Source of the DNA: Acidimicrobiia bacterium
Lineage (GTDB): Bacteria > Actinomycetota > Acidimicrobiia > IMCC26256 > PALSA-610
Assembly: GCA_038320885.1 (NCBI GenBank)
Contig: JBBQER010000002.1
Coordinates: forward strand, 43,086 to 107,085
Direction: 5' to 3'
DNA length: 64,000 nucleotides
Shown: in pieces, positions 42,675 to 52,026 of the stretch
Layout of the letters: every line of letters starts with the position of its first letter
How positions within the stretch are numbered: position 1 is the first letter of the stretch
Notes under the pieces: model-generated
What the model was told of the DNA's origin: nothing
What the model saw: the letters and a program-made list of their open reading frames with translations, nothing else
Database searches by the model: none
Position numbers and translations under genes: made by a program

Positions 42675-43559
42675 GTGAACGATCGCCGACTCCGCCCAGT
42701 TCTCTATGCGGGCAACCGTCTCCACGCACTCATGGATCGGGTGGGTGACGCGCGCAACCTCGACGGCGCGGTGCGTTCCCTCGCGCGCGTCGCGAGCGCG
42801 ATCCCGAGCAAGGGGCCGGTCAAGGATGCGTTGAGTGGAACGTGGCTGGATCACCCGCTGCATCCGATGCTCACCGATCTTCCGATCGGCTTCTGGACGT
42901 CGGCGTGGGTCCTCGACATCGTCGGCGGAGAGCGCGACCGCGACGCGGCCCGCAGGCTCGTCGGCGCGGGCGTTCTGTGCGCGCTCCCGGCCGCGTTGAC
43001 GGGCGCAGCCGACTGGTCGGACACCGAAGGCGCATCGCGACGCGTCGGCGTCGTGCATGCGATCGTGAACTCCTCCGCGCTCGTGCTCTACGCGGGCTCG
43101 TGGATCGCCCGTCGCCGCGGCCGTGATCGGCAGGGCGTCGCGCTCTCGTGGGCGGGCGCAACCTTCGCGACCGTCGGCGGCTTTCTCGGTGGCCATCTCG
43201 TCGCGGCTCTCGGCGTCGGCGTCGATCACACGGCTTTCGAAGAGGCGATCGGCGCTTGGACTGCCGTCGCAAAGCTCGACCACCTCTCGGAACAACCGAC
43301 GCGGGTCGAGGTGAACGGCACCGCGGTGCTGTTGCACCGTCACGACGATGCGGTCAACGCGATCGCGGCAACGTGCCCGCATCGCGGCGCGCCGCTCGAC
43401 GAAGGCACGGTCGACGGCGACGTCGTCATCTGCCCTTGGCACGGGAGCCGGTTCTGCCTGCTCGACGGTTCGCTGCTGGGCGGCCCGTCCCCGACCGGCG
43501 TCGTCTCCTACGAGACCCGCGTGCGCGGCGGGAACGTCGAGATCCGATCCCGGGCCTGA
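42675..43559 (+). CDS. membrane-anchored Rieske [2Fe-2S] protein (DUF2231-like N-terminus)
   Basis: The N-terminal part has HPMLTDLPIGFW. The C-terminal Rieske motif is CPHRGAPL...CPWHGSRF. Confidence 0.8.
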   Translation: MNDRRLRPVLYAGNRLHALMDRVGDARNLDGAVRSLARVASAIPSKGPVKDALSGTWLDHPLHPMLTDLPIGFWTSAWVLDIVGGERDRDAARRLVGAGVLCALPAALTGAADWSDTEGASRRVGVVHAIVNSSALVLYAGSWIARRRGRDRQGVALSWAGATFATVGGFLGGHLVAALGVGVDHTAFEEAIGAWTAVAKLDHLSEQPTRVEVNGTAVLLHRHDDAVNAIAATCPHRGAPLDEGTVDGDVVICPWHGSRFCLLDGSLLGGPSPTGVVSYETRVRGGNVEIRSRA

Positions 43560-43574
43560 CCCGCCGTTCATGGC

Positions 43575-44954
43575 CTAGATATCGGGCCAGGAGAGCCGAC
43601 CGAGCGCTTCGATCTCGGGAGCGTCGCGGGGAACGAGAAACCCGTCGTCGACGGCGCGGCGCGTCGCCTGGTCGAAGGCGTCGAGGTAGTCAGCGTGACC
43701 GCGCGGGTAGCGCCGCCGGCGAGCCGCTTCGTCGAGCGGGCGCGTCGTACCGAAGAGCTCGGTTATGTCGCCCGGTTGACCGAGACCGGAGAGCACCGCG
43801 GTCGGCGCGTCGACCCACGGTGAGCGCACTCCCCCGCGACCGATACCCGCGTCGTCGAGGCGCAGCGTGCCGTTGCCATCGATCTCGAGCCGGTTCGCCG
43901 ATGGTGGTGCGGTCCCGTCTCGCACCCATCGGTCGAGGGCATCGATCGCGCGCTGCAAGACGTAGTGCATCTGCGGCCCCGAGTTGATCGGGACCGCGGC
44001 GGGAATGCCCGACGTGTCGGCCCGAGCGATGAGGGCGGCGAGCTCCTCGACGGCCAATGCGCCGGAGTCGTGCGGCGAGGCGCACAGGAAGTAGGTATCG
44101 CAATGGGCGGCGCCCGCGACCTCCCAGAGGCGGAAGCGTTCACCATCGGCCTGACGCGCGGGTAGGTACGCGAGCCGGCCCAGCACGTCGGTTTCACTCT
44201 GCACGACCATGACCGGGACCCGATCGTCGTCCCGGATCTGATCGCGCCCCGCGAGTCGAGCGCGCCGTTCCTCCTCGTTGCCGAACTCCCAGCCTTCGAT
44301 CGAAGAGCCCGCCCCGGCGCGACCCTGCAACAAGAACGCGTCGAACACCTCGGTGCGTGGGTCGATCGCGTTCACGTAGGTCGTGAGGTAGATCGCCGAC
44401 TGCGACGCGCCGGTCGCGATGACGCGCTCGACCCCCAGCCCATACGTCGTTGCGAGCTCCGAGCGCACCAGGCGCCCGATCTGAGTGAACATGTCGAACG
44501 CGTACGCATCGCCGGGATGTTGCAGCGACGCGTAGCGCTCGGGCGCCGTGTTGCGGAGCCCGAGACCCGGCATCAAGCCGCCGCCTTCGATGCCGGCCAC
44601 TTGGGTGCTCACCCCGACCCACGTATACCCGTCTCGTACCAGGTGGCGATGCGTCGGCATCCAGACCGCGGGGACGTCGAGCCCTCCGGTCACGTTCAGC
44701 CACTCGACGATCACAGAGCCGTTCGAGCTTGCCGGGTCGGTCGGCCGGTAGATGACGAGGCGCGTCGTGAACGGCGCGGTTCCCGCCGGCGCCACCTCCC
44801 ACCGGCCGTCCGGATTACGCGGGCCGACATCGGTGAATGCCGAGGCCGTGCCGCTGGCGAGGTGCTCGTGCGCGGAGTAGCCGACCGCGGCCAGATCGAA
44901 GCCGACCGAGAACAGCGATGGCACGCCGTCGAGCGCGGGTCCGATCGTCGCCAC
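43575..44954 (-). CDS. alpha/beta-hydrolase-domain protein (function unknown)
   Basis: 459-aa full ORF, ...VIATGASQSAIYL... (nucleophile-elbow-like GxSxS). Confidence 0.6.
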   Translation of the reverse strand: MATIGPALDGVPSLFSVGFDLAAVGYSAHEHLASGTASAFTDVGPRNPDGRWEVAPAGTAPFTTRLVIYRPTDPASSNGSVIVEWLNVTGGLDVPAVWMPTHRHLVRDGYTWVGVSTQVAGIEGGGLMPGLGLRNTAPERYASLQHPGDAYAFDMFTQIGRLVRSELATTYGLGVERVIATGASQSAIYLTTYVNAIDPRTEVFDAFLLQGRAGAGSSIEGWEFGNEEERRARLAGRDQIRDDDRVPVMVVQSETDVLGRLAYLPARQADGERFRLWEVAGAAHCDTYFLCASPHDSGALAVEELAALIARADTSGIPAAVPINSGPQMHYVLQRAIDALDRWVRDGTAPPSANRLEIDGNGTLRLDDAGIGRGGVRSPWVDAPTAVLSGLGQPGDITELFGTTRPLDEAARRRRYPRGHADYLDAFDQATRRAVDDGFLVPRDAPEIEALGRLSWPDI

Positions 44955-45011
44955 TGCCCATGGTCGCGCGCCGTTCCCGGTCGCGCGGTGGCGGGCTTAC
45001 GATTCCGCGGT

Positions 45012-45428
45012 ATGCCTGACCGACAAACGGATGATCGGCGCTGGTACGAAGGCACGTGTGGCTACCTGCGATGGGGTCCGAAGTTCTTTCTCTTCATGGC
45101 CGCGTTCATGTTCGTCCTCCACTGGAGTCACTGGATCCAGTTCGCGACGACGTTTCTCCTCGTCGCCTTCGTTCACAGCCGATGGCTGCCGTGGCGGTTC
45201 GAGATCGAGGACGACGGCCTTCGACTCGTGTTCCCCTTCGGTCGCCGCCTGTTCTTCGCCAGGAGCGTCGCCACGGTTCGCATCGATGTCGTCGGCGCAA
45301 TGGTGTACGACGCCCGCCGCGGAAAGCTGGGCATCGGCTATCCGTTGATGGACGGCATCCTCTTCCATCCCGGCCGCGAGTCGTTGCTCCGCGCCGCCTT
45401 TCTCGACCGGGGCTACACCGTCACCTGA
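45012..45428 (+). CDS. hypothetical membrane protein (138 aa)
   Basis: Internal ATG 45012. FFLFMAAFMFVLHWSHWIQFATTFLLVAFV is followed by a soluble tail. Confidence 0.5.
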   Translation: MPDRQTDDRRWYEGTCGYLRWGPKFFLFMAAFMFVLHWSHWIQFATTFLLVAFVHSRWLPWRFEIEDDGLRLVFPFGRRLFFARSVATVRIDVVGAMVYDARRGKLGIGYPLMDGILFHPGRESLLRAAFLDRGYTVT

Positions 45429-45434
45429 CCTCGA

Positions 45435-45893
45435 CTACGGAGTCCACGCGCCCGCGAGCTGGCGGGTGGCGATGTTGAGACGATTCCAGAGGTTGATGTT
45501 GGCGATCGCGAGCACGAGAGCGGCGCGCTCCGTCTCGTCGAAGTTGGCGACGACCTCGGCCCAGATGTCGTCGGGCACCGGCTGGGGCCCGTCGCTGAGC
45601 CGGGTCATCGCCTCGGCCAGCGCGAATGCAGCGCGCCCCTGGTCCGTGAAGTAGGGCGCCTCGCGCCAGGCGGCCACGACGAACAGGCGCTCGTCGGTTT
45701 CGCCGAGCTGCTTTGCGCGGCGCGCGTGGCCGTCGAGGCACGTGGCACAACCGTTGATCTGGCTGACGCGCAGGTTCACGAGCTCGATCATCCGCGGGGG
45801 CAGGCCACCCTTCCCCACCGATTGCCCGACGGCCTGCAGGGCGTCCATGGCACCGGGAACAACCATCGCCGGGTGGGTCATTCGTGCTTGCAT
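45435..45893 (-). CDS. carboxymuconolactone decarboxylase (AhpD-like) family protein
   Basis: ...LVNLRVSQINGCATCLDGH... (CxxC). Confidence 0.8.
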   Translation of the reverse strand: MQARMTHPAMVVPGAMDALQAVGQSVGKGGLPPRMIELVNLRVSQINGCATCLDGHARRAKQLGETDERLFVVAAWREAPYFTDQGRAAFALAEAMTRLSDGPQPVPDDIWAEVVANFDETERAALVLAIANINLWNRLNIATRQLAGAWTP

Positions 45894-45966
45894 GAGGTCT
45901 CCTTGTCACATCGGCTGGATTCGCTTCGTCACCCCCATGACGAAACGACCCGAAGGAATGTGACCG

Positions 45967-46644
45967 ATGGACCGACGCGATTTGTTGGCGCAGCATTTCG
46001 AGGAGAACCGGGCGCACCTGCGCGCGTTGGCGTACCGAATGCTCGGATCGACCACCGAAGCCGACGACGCCGTGCAGGAAGGGTGGATCCGGCTGAGCCG
46101 CTCCGACCCGAGCGAGATCGCAAACGTGGGCGGCTGGCTCACGATTGTGGTCGCCCGCGTCTGCCTCGACATGTTGCGGTCCCGCAAGTCGCGCCGTGAG
46201 GAGTCGCTGGGCACGCACGTTCCCGACCGGATCTTGAGCCGCAACCCCGGCATAGATCCCGAGCACGAAGCGGTGCTGGCCGACTCGGTTGGTCTCGCGC
46301 TGCTCGTGGTGCTCGAGATGCTCGCCCCGCCGAACGGCTCGCATTCGTGCTGCACGACATGTTCGGCGTGCCGTTCGAGGAGATCGCGCCGATGGTCGAC
46401 CGCTCGCCCGCCGCAACCCGCCAGCTCGCCAGCCGCGCGCGCCGGCGCGTGCAAGAAGCGGCTGCGGTCACCGACACCGACGTGGCCGGCCAGCGCCGGG
46501 TAGTAGATACGTTCTTCGCCGCCGCGCGAGACGGCGACTTCGAGGCACTCGTCGCGGTGCGTGGGCGGGAAGGTCGTTGCGATCGATGCGCTCGCCGACC
46601 CCGAACGCCTTGCCGGGCTCGACCTCAGCGTGCTCGACGGCTGA
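45967..46644 (+). pseudogene. ECF sigma factor (SigJ-like), frameshifted and internally deleted
   Basis: Region 2 is in frame 1 (...DDAVQEGWIRLSR...WLTIVVARVCLDMLRSR). Region 4 is only in frame 0 from about 46335 (ERLAFVLHDMFGVPFEEIAPMVDRSPAATRQLASRARRRV). The last 27 codons return to frame 1 (VGGKVVAIDALADPERLAGLDLSVLDG*). About 100 aa of the usual C-terminal domain appear to be missing. Confidence 0.65.
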
Positions 46645-46684
46645 GCTCGTTCCTCGGGGAAGATCGGATCCCCGGCATACGTTG

Positions 46685-47560
46685 ATGCGACACATGCGAC
46701 TGACGGGTACCGGGGTCTGGTCGGCCCAGATGCGTTACGGCGACGAAGGCGAGATCGCCGAGGCGGCCGCCGAGCTCGAAGAGCTCGGTTACGACGCGAT
46801 CTGGATACCCGATGTCGGGGGCGAAGTGCTCGGGTCGGCCGAAGTCCTGTTGCGCGCGGCGCCGCGCATCACGGTTGCGACCGGCATCCTCAACGTTTGG
46901 ATGCACGACGCGGCCACGGTTGCGGAGCGGCGCGCGTCCTGGAGTGACGCCTGGCAGCACCGCTTCCTGCTGGGTCTGGGAGTGAGTCACGCGCCGCTGA
47001 TCGACCATGGGAACCCCGGTCGGTACAACAAGCCGTTCTCGAAGATGGTCGAGTTCCTCGACGCGCTCGACGGCGCCGCGACTCCGTACCCGGTCGACGC
47101 GCGCGTGTTGGCTGCGCTCAAACCGAAGATGCTCAGTCTCGCCCGCGATCGCGCCGCGGGCGCGCATCCGTACTTCGTACCGTCCGAACACGTCGCCCGG
47201 GCCCACGAGGCACTCGGGCCGAACGCGATGATCGCGGTCGAGCTGGCCGTGGTGATCGACGCCGATCCGTCGACGGCGCGCGAGACGGCGCGCAAGCACA
47301 CCGCGGTCTACACGACGTTGCCGAACTACACGAACAACCTGCGGGACTTCGGTTTCTCCGACGACGACTTCGCCGAACGAGGAAGCGACCGTCTCGTCGA
47401 TGCGATCGTGGCGTGGGGAAGCCTCGACACGATCGCGTCGCGCGTCTCCGCGATGCGCGACGCGGGTGCCGACCACGTGTGCATCCAGGTGATCCGTCCC
47501 GACGACGAGGTCCCCCGCGCGGATTGGCGCGAGCTCGCCCCGGCGCTGGTCGGGCGCTGA
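46685..47560 (+). CDS. LLM-class (luciferase-like) F420/flavin-dependent oxidoreductase
   Basis: MRHMRLTGTGVWSAQMRYGDEGEIAEAAAELEELGYDAIWIPD... Internal ATG 46685. Confidence 0.7.
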   Translation: MRHMRLTGTGVWSAQMRYGDEGEIAEAAAELEELGYDAIWIPDVGGEVLGSAEVLLRAAPRITVATGILNVWMHDAATVAERRASWSDAWQHRFLLGLGVSHAPLIDHGNPGRYNKPFSKMVEFLDALDGAATPYPVDARVLAALKPKMLSLARDRAAGAHPYFVPSEHVARAHEALGPNAMIAVELAVVIDADPSTARETARKHTAVYTTLPNYTNNLRDFGFSDDDFAERGSDRLVDAIVAWGSLDTIASRVSAMRDAGADHVCIQVIRPDDEVPRADWRELAPALVGR

Positions 47561-47563
47561 CCC

Positions 47564-48760
47564 TCAACGATCGAAGACGCTCACGACCTCGACGTGAAAC
47601 GTGTGGGGAAACAAGTCGACCGGCGTGAGGGCGGTGAGCTCGAACCCCGCGTCGCGCAGCAGTGCGGCGTCGCGTCCGAGGCTGGCGGCGTCGCAGCTCA
47701 CGAGCACGACGCGGCGCGCGGCGCTCCCGTTGACCACGGCCACGCCCCGCCGGCCCAACCCTTTGCGGTTCGGGTCGGCCACGACGAGGTCTGCCGGGAC
47801 GGGCGTCCACTTGGTCGCATCGGCGGCGACGACGGTCACGCCGAGCGCGCGGAGATTCGCGCGCGCGTCGGCGACCGCACTCGTCGACGACTCCACCGCG
47901 GTTACCGACCATCCGCGGGCAGCCAGCACTCCGGCGAAGACGCCGACCCCGCTGTAGAGATCGAGCGCCGTCGTCGCGACGCCGAGCTCGTCGGCGGCGG
48001 CGCCGATCAGGCGGGCCAGCTCGTCGACGCCGTCGGACCGACTCTGGAAGAACGACGCCGCCGAGATGCGCCAGCGCTGCCCCGCGGCATCCTCGTGGAT
48101 GAAATCGCTGCGCACGTCGCCGGGCACCACGGTCCCCGTGCGGCTCGGCGTCGGAGCCGCGAGCCGCTCACCGCTTCGGCTTCCGCACCGCAGCAGCACC
48201 TCGTCGGCCCTCGGGTAGCGCGCCTCGGTGATCAGGGGAACGAGCAGCGGATGCGCGACGAGGCAATCGTCGATCGCGACCGAGGCATGGGAGCGAGCCG
48301 CGCGGAAACCGGCGCGACCATCCGTGACCCCGAGCCGCACGGTCGTGCGAAACGCCCACGGCGGCAACTCGACCGTGGGCTGCGCCGGCACGACGGCGAG
48401 GCCACCGATGCGCTTCAGCGCATCCAACACGATGTCGAGCTTCAACGACCGTTGTGCGGCAGCATCCACGTGTTGCCATTGACACGCGCCACATCCTCGA
48501 GCGAGCTCCGGGCACGGCGGCGCGACTCGATGCGCAGACGGCTCGAGCACATCGACCAGGCGGGCGGTGAGGTAGCCGCGATGCTCCGATTCGACGACAA
48601 CGCGAACCCGCTCGTCCGGCAGCGCACCGTCGACGAACACGACCCGACCCTCGGGCTCGCGCGCGATCGCGCTGCCCCCGGCGACCATCGCCGTCGACAC
48701 GAGCTCGAGCTCGGCACCGACCCGGGTCGCCGGCAAACCGTCCTCGGATCGACGCGACAT
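47564..48760 (-). CDS. TRAM-domain class I SAM-dependent RNA (uracil-5)-methyltransferase (RlmD/TrmA family)
   Basis: A Cys cluster (CPELARGCGACQWQH), the SAM motif LDLYSGVGVFA, and a C-terminal VLVSCD. Confidence 0.8.
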   Translation of the reverse strand: MSRRSEDGLPATRVGAELELVSTAMVAGGSAIAREPEGRVVFVDGALPDERVRVVVESEHRGYLTARLVDVLEPSAHRVAPPCPELARGCGACQWQHVDAAAQRSLKLDIVLDALKRIGGLAVVPAQPTVELPPWAFRTTVRLGVTDGRAGFRAARSHASVAIDDCLVAHPLLVPLITEARYPRADEVLLRCGSRSGERLAAPTPSRTGTVVPGDVRSDFIHEDAAGQRWRISAASFFQSRSDGVDELARLIGAAADELGVATTALDLYSGVGVFAGVLAARGWSVTAVESSTSAVADARANLRALGVTVVAADATKWTPVPADLVVADPNRKGLGRRGVAVVNGSAARRVVLVSCDAASLGRDAALLRDAGFELTALTPVDLFPHTFHVEVVSVFDR

Positions 48761-48790
48761 GACCCGAGGAACGTAGCAATGCCGCTCGCG

Positions 48791-49441
48791 CTACCGGCGT
48801 GACGGCACCTGAGCAGGAAGGTCGTCGGGCCGCAGCGCCCACAACGGCGTTCGGGGCGGCTCGGACAGTCGCCCGATGGCAACGGCCGGGAAACCGTCGA
48901 TCTCGGTGTGTCCGCGAACCGCGAACGTTGCTTGACAACCGCACCCGCGCGCACGACGCACCCCGCGCCCACGACACTGCCGTCGCACACGATCGCGCCC
49001 GGCTCGACCACGGATCGAACTCCGATATGCCGGACGCCCGACCGCGACGACCTCGCTCGGCAGCGTCATCCCGGAGGGGACCAGCGTGCCTTCGCCGAGG
49101 AAGACGCGGTCTCCCACCTGCGCGCCGGGCATCAATGTCGACGCGTTCCCGATCTCACACATGTCACCGACCGTCGCGCCGATGACGAGGCACCGATGCG
49201 CGAACACGGTTCGACGACCGATCGTGGTTGGGATGCCGTCGTTGCCGACTACCACCGAGTTCTCGAGCACGGCCGATCCGGCGCCGACTCCGACGCCCGA
49301 GTCGCCGGACCGGATGACGGCGCCCTCGGCGAGCAGCGATCCCTCACCCAGGCGCGCCGCGCCCAGGACGACCGCGGAGCCGGCGATCTGCGGCGAGCCC
49401 GCATCCACCGCGCCGAGTGCGTTCGCAGGTCCGGCGCTCAC
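48791..49441 (-). pseudogene. left-handed beta-helix (hexapeptide-repeat, gamma-carbonic-anhydrase-like) protein with two compensating frameshifts
   Basis: LbH repeats run in the track frame to ...VVAVGRP (about 49031). The next ~33 codons are protein-like only in the frame of track ORF 48442-49011 (HIGVRSVVEPGAIVCDGSVVGAGCVVRAGAVVKQ). The tail then returns to the first frame (ATFAVRGHTEIDGFPAVAIGRL...). The start GTG 49441 is a guess. Confidence 0.5.
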
Positions 49442-49565
49442 GGGACCGGTTCCAGGTGACGGCACGGCCGGGTCATTCGTCCCAGAGTGCCATCCGAGAC
49501 CGGCTTCCGGAAGCCGGCACCGAATTTCGCCGATCAAGTCCTCGGCGCGACAGCCGATCTACGTC

Positions 49566-51944
49566 ATGGCGACATATCGCGAAGGAGACGGGGACTTGGG
49601 AAAGCGCGCGTGGCTGCTCTACCCGTGCCTCGCGGGCATCGCCGCCGCGGTCTACTACGGGATGGGGTCCAGCCGCGCCCTGTTCAATGCCATCGGTCTT
49701 GCTTCGCCCCTGCTGCTTCTCGCGGGCGTCGTCGTGCACGTTCGCTCACAACAAACCTCGAGCCGGCGGGAGCGCACGTTGCGGGCCGCGGGCGAGGCAT
49801 TCGAAACCGCGACGAGCCGTGACGCGATCTACCAGGCGACGGCCGCGGCCGCGGAGTCCGTCGCCGGGCAACGCGCCGTCGTTCGCCTCTTCGTCGACGC
49901 CCGCACCGCGAACTTCGTCAGTGTCGAGAGCTCGGCCCAGCTCTTGAACCAGATCGACCGTCTCCACGACCTGACGGTCCTCCAGCGGGACGAGATCCTC
50001 GCCGGCCGCTCACTCTCGATTCGCCACCGGCTGAACGTGCTCCGGGGGATCGCGCGCAGCGGCAACGACGAGTTCGAATATCTCTCGCCGATCTTCGTCC
50101 GCGACGAGCTGACGTGCCTCATCTCGGTCACCACCGAATCGGCGTTCACGGCTACCGCGCAGAACGCGCTCGAGACACTGGCGTCGCAGGTGGCCTTCGC
50201 GTTGGAACGAGCGACGCTCACCGAGGAGCTGGTCACCCGCAAGAGCGAGGCGCGATTCGCGGCGCTCGTGAAGAACTCGTCGGACGTCATCCTGCTGGTC
50301 GACCGGGACAGCACGATTCGCTACGCAAGTCCGTCCTCGACCATGTTCGGCTATTCGCCGTCCACCCTCGAGGGAGGTCAGTTCATCTCCCTGACCCACG
50401 CCGACGACGAGGACCTCGCGGCGGCGTTCATCATCGGCGCCGGCGGTCGCGAGAACGTCGGTCCGTTCGAGTTCCGATTTCGCTGCGCGAGCGGCCGCTA
50501 CATCTTCGCCGAGGCCGTACGAACGAACCTCGAGCAGGATCCCAACGTGCGCGGTGTGGTGCTCAGCATCAGGGACATCAGCGAGCGAAAGGGCTTCGAG
50601 GAGCAGCTCCGGCATCAGGCCTTTCACGACAAGTTGACCGGCCTCGCGAACCGTGCGCTCTTCCAGGATCGCGTTGCCCACGCGCTCGATCGCCATCGGC
50701 GCGATACCGAGTCCATTTCCGTGTTGTTCATCGACCTCGACGACTTCAAGACGGTGAACGACTCACTGGGTCACGCGTGCGGCGATCAGCTGCTCCGCGA
50801 GTGTGGCGAGCGACTCCGCGGCTGCCTGCGGCCGGCCGACACCCCGGCGCGGTTCGGGGGCGACGAGTTCGCCATTCTCCTCGAGGACTCCGACGGGACC
50901 TCGCACGTCGAGATCGCCGACCGCATCATGCGCGCGTTCGAACCGCCCTTTACCCTCGACGACAAAGAGGTCTTCGTTCGAGCGAGCATCGGGATCGCAA
51001 CGGCCGGCGAGGAAGAGTTCGCGTCGATGAACGGTCCCGACGCCTTGCTCCGGAATGCCGACACGGCCATGTACATCGCCAAGGAGCGCGGCAAGGCGCG
51101 CTTCGCGGTCTTCGAGCCGGAGATGCACGAGGCCGCAAGCCGCCGGCTCGAGCTCAAGGCCGACATGGAGCGTGCGCTCGACAACGACGAGTTCGAGCTG
51201 GAGTATCAGCCGATCGTCGAGCTCTCGACCGGCAATATCTGCGGTTTCGAAGCCCTCATCCGATGGAACCACCCGACGCGGGGGGTGGTTGCGCCCCTCG
51301 ACTTCATACCGCTCGCCGAGGAGACCGGGCTCGTCGTTCCGATCGGCACCTGGGCATTGCGGAAGGCGTGCCAATTCGCCGCACGGCTCGAGGCCGACTT
51401 TCCCGACGATCCCGCGCGCCACATGGCTGTCAACCTCTCGACACGGCAGCTCCAGCATCTCGACGTCGTCGCGCAGGTGGGCGCCGTGCTCACCGAGACC
51501 GGCCTCGATCCGTACTCCCTGATCCTCGAGATCACGGAGAGCGCCATGATGGCCGACATGCAGCTCGCCATCGCGCGGCTCAACGAGTTCAAGGCCCTCG
51601 GCGTGCAACTCGCGATCGACGACTTCGGAACCGGCTACTCGTCACTCAACTACGTTCGCGAATTCCCCGTCGACATCCTGAAGATCGACAAGTCGTTCAT
51701 CGACGGGCTCGTCAACGAGTCGGCTTCTTCCTCGCTCGTGGCGACCGTGCTGGAGCTCGCGCGGGTGTTGGACTTGAAGGCGGTCGCGGAAGGCGTCGAA
51801 GGTACCGACCAGCTCGAGCACCTGAAGGCACTGCATTGCGACTTCGGCCAAGGCTTCTTGTTCGCCCGACCGCTCGACGATGCCGGACTCCGAGAGGTAC
51901 TGCGCCTGCGCCGTGAGGCCCCGACGTCGGGCACGCGCGCCTGA
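49566..51944 (+). CDS. membrane-associated PAS-GGDEF-EAL protein (c-di-GMP turnover)
   Basis: Internal ATG 49566. TM helices, a PAS region (FAALVKNSSDVILLVD...), RFGGDEFAILL, EALIRW, and DDFGTGYSSL. Confidence 0.85.
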   Translation: MATYREGDGDLGKRAWLLYPCLAGIAAAVYYGMGSSRALFNAIGLASPLLLLAGVVVHVRSQQTSSRRERTLRAAGEAFETATSRDAIYQATAAAAESVAGQRAVVRLFVDARTANFVSVESSAQLLNQIDRLHDLTVLQRDEILAGRSLSIRHRLNVLRGIARSGNDEFEYLSPIFVRDELTCLISVTTESAFTATAQNALETLASQVAFALERATLTEELVTRKSEARFAALVKNSSDVILLVDRDSTIRYASPSSTMFGYSPSTLEGGQFISLTHADDEDLAAAFIIGAGGRENVGPFEFRFRCASGRYIFAEAVRTNLEQDPNVRGVVLSIRDISERKGFEEQLRHQAFHDKLTGLANRALFQDRVAHALDRHRRDTESISVLFIDLDDFKTVNDSLGHACGDQLLRECGERLRGCLRPADTPARFGGDEFAILLEDSDGTSHVEIADRIMRAFEPPFTLDDKEVFVRASIGIATAGEEEFASMNGPDALLRNADTAMYIAKERGKARFAVFEPEMHEAASRRLELKADMERALDNDEFELEYQPIVELSTGNICGFEALIRWNHPTRGVVAPLDFIPLAEETGLVVPIGTWALRKACQFAARLEADFPDDPARHMAVNLSTRQLQHLDVVAQVGAVLTETGLDPYSLILEITESAMMADMQLAIARLNEFKALGVQLAIDDFGTGYSSLNYVREFPVDILKIDKSFIDGLVNESASSSLVATVLELARVLDLKAVAEGVEGTDQLEHLKALHCDFGQGFLFARPLDDAGLREVLRLRREAPTSGTRA

Positions 51945-52026
51945 GATAGCACCGCGCGGCTGGCACCCCCCGGGCCGGGATGCGTGCACACTGCCCTTCC
52001 CGCGGAGTTTGTGTTTGGCTGGTTCC

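Noticed and set aside
49086-49565. N-terminal 160-aa extension of the GGDEF-EAL ORF (track start 49086)
   Set aside because: The extension is Pro/Ala/Ser-rich and antisense to the hexapeptide-repeat gene. ATG 49566 gives a sensible membrane N-terminus.
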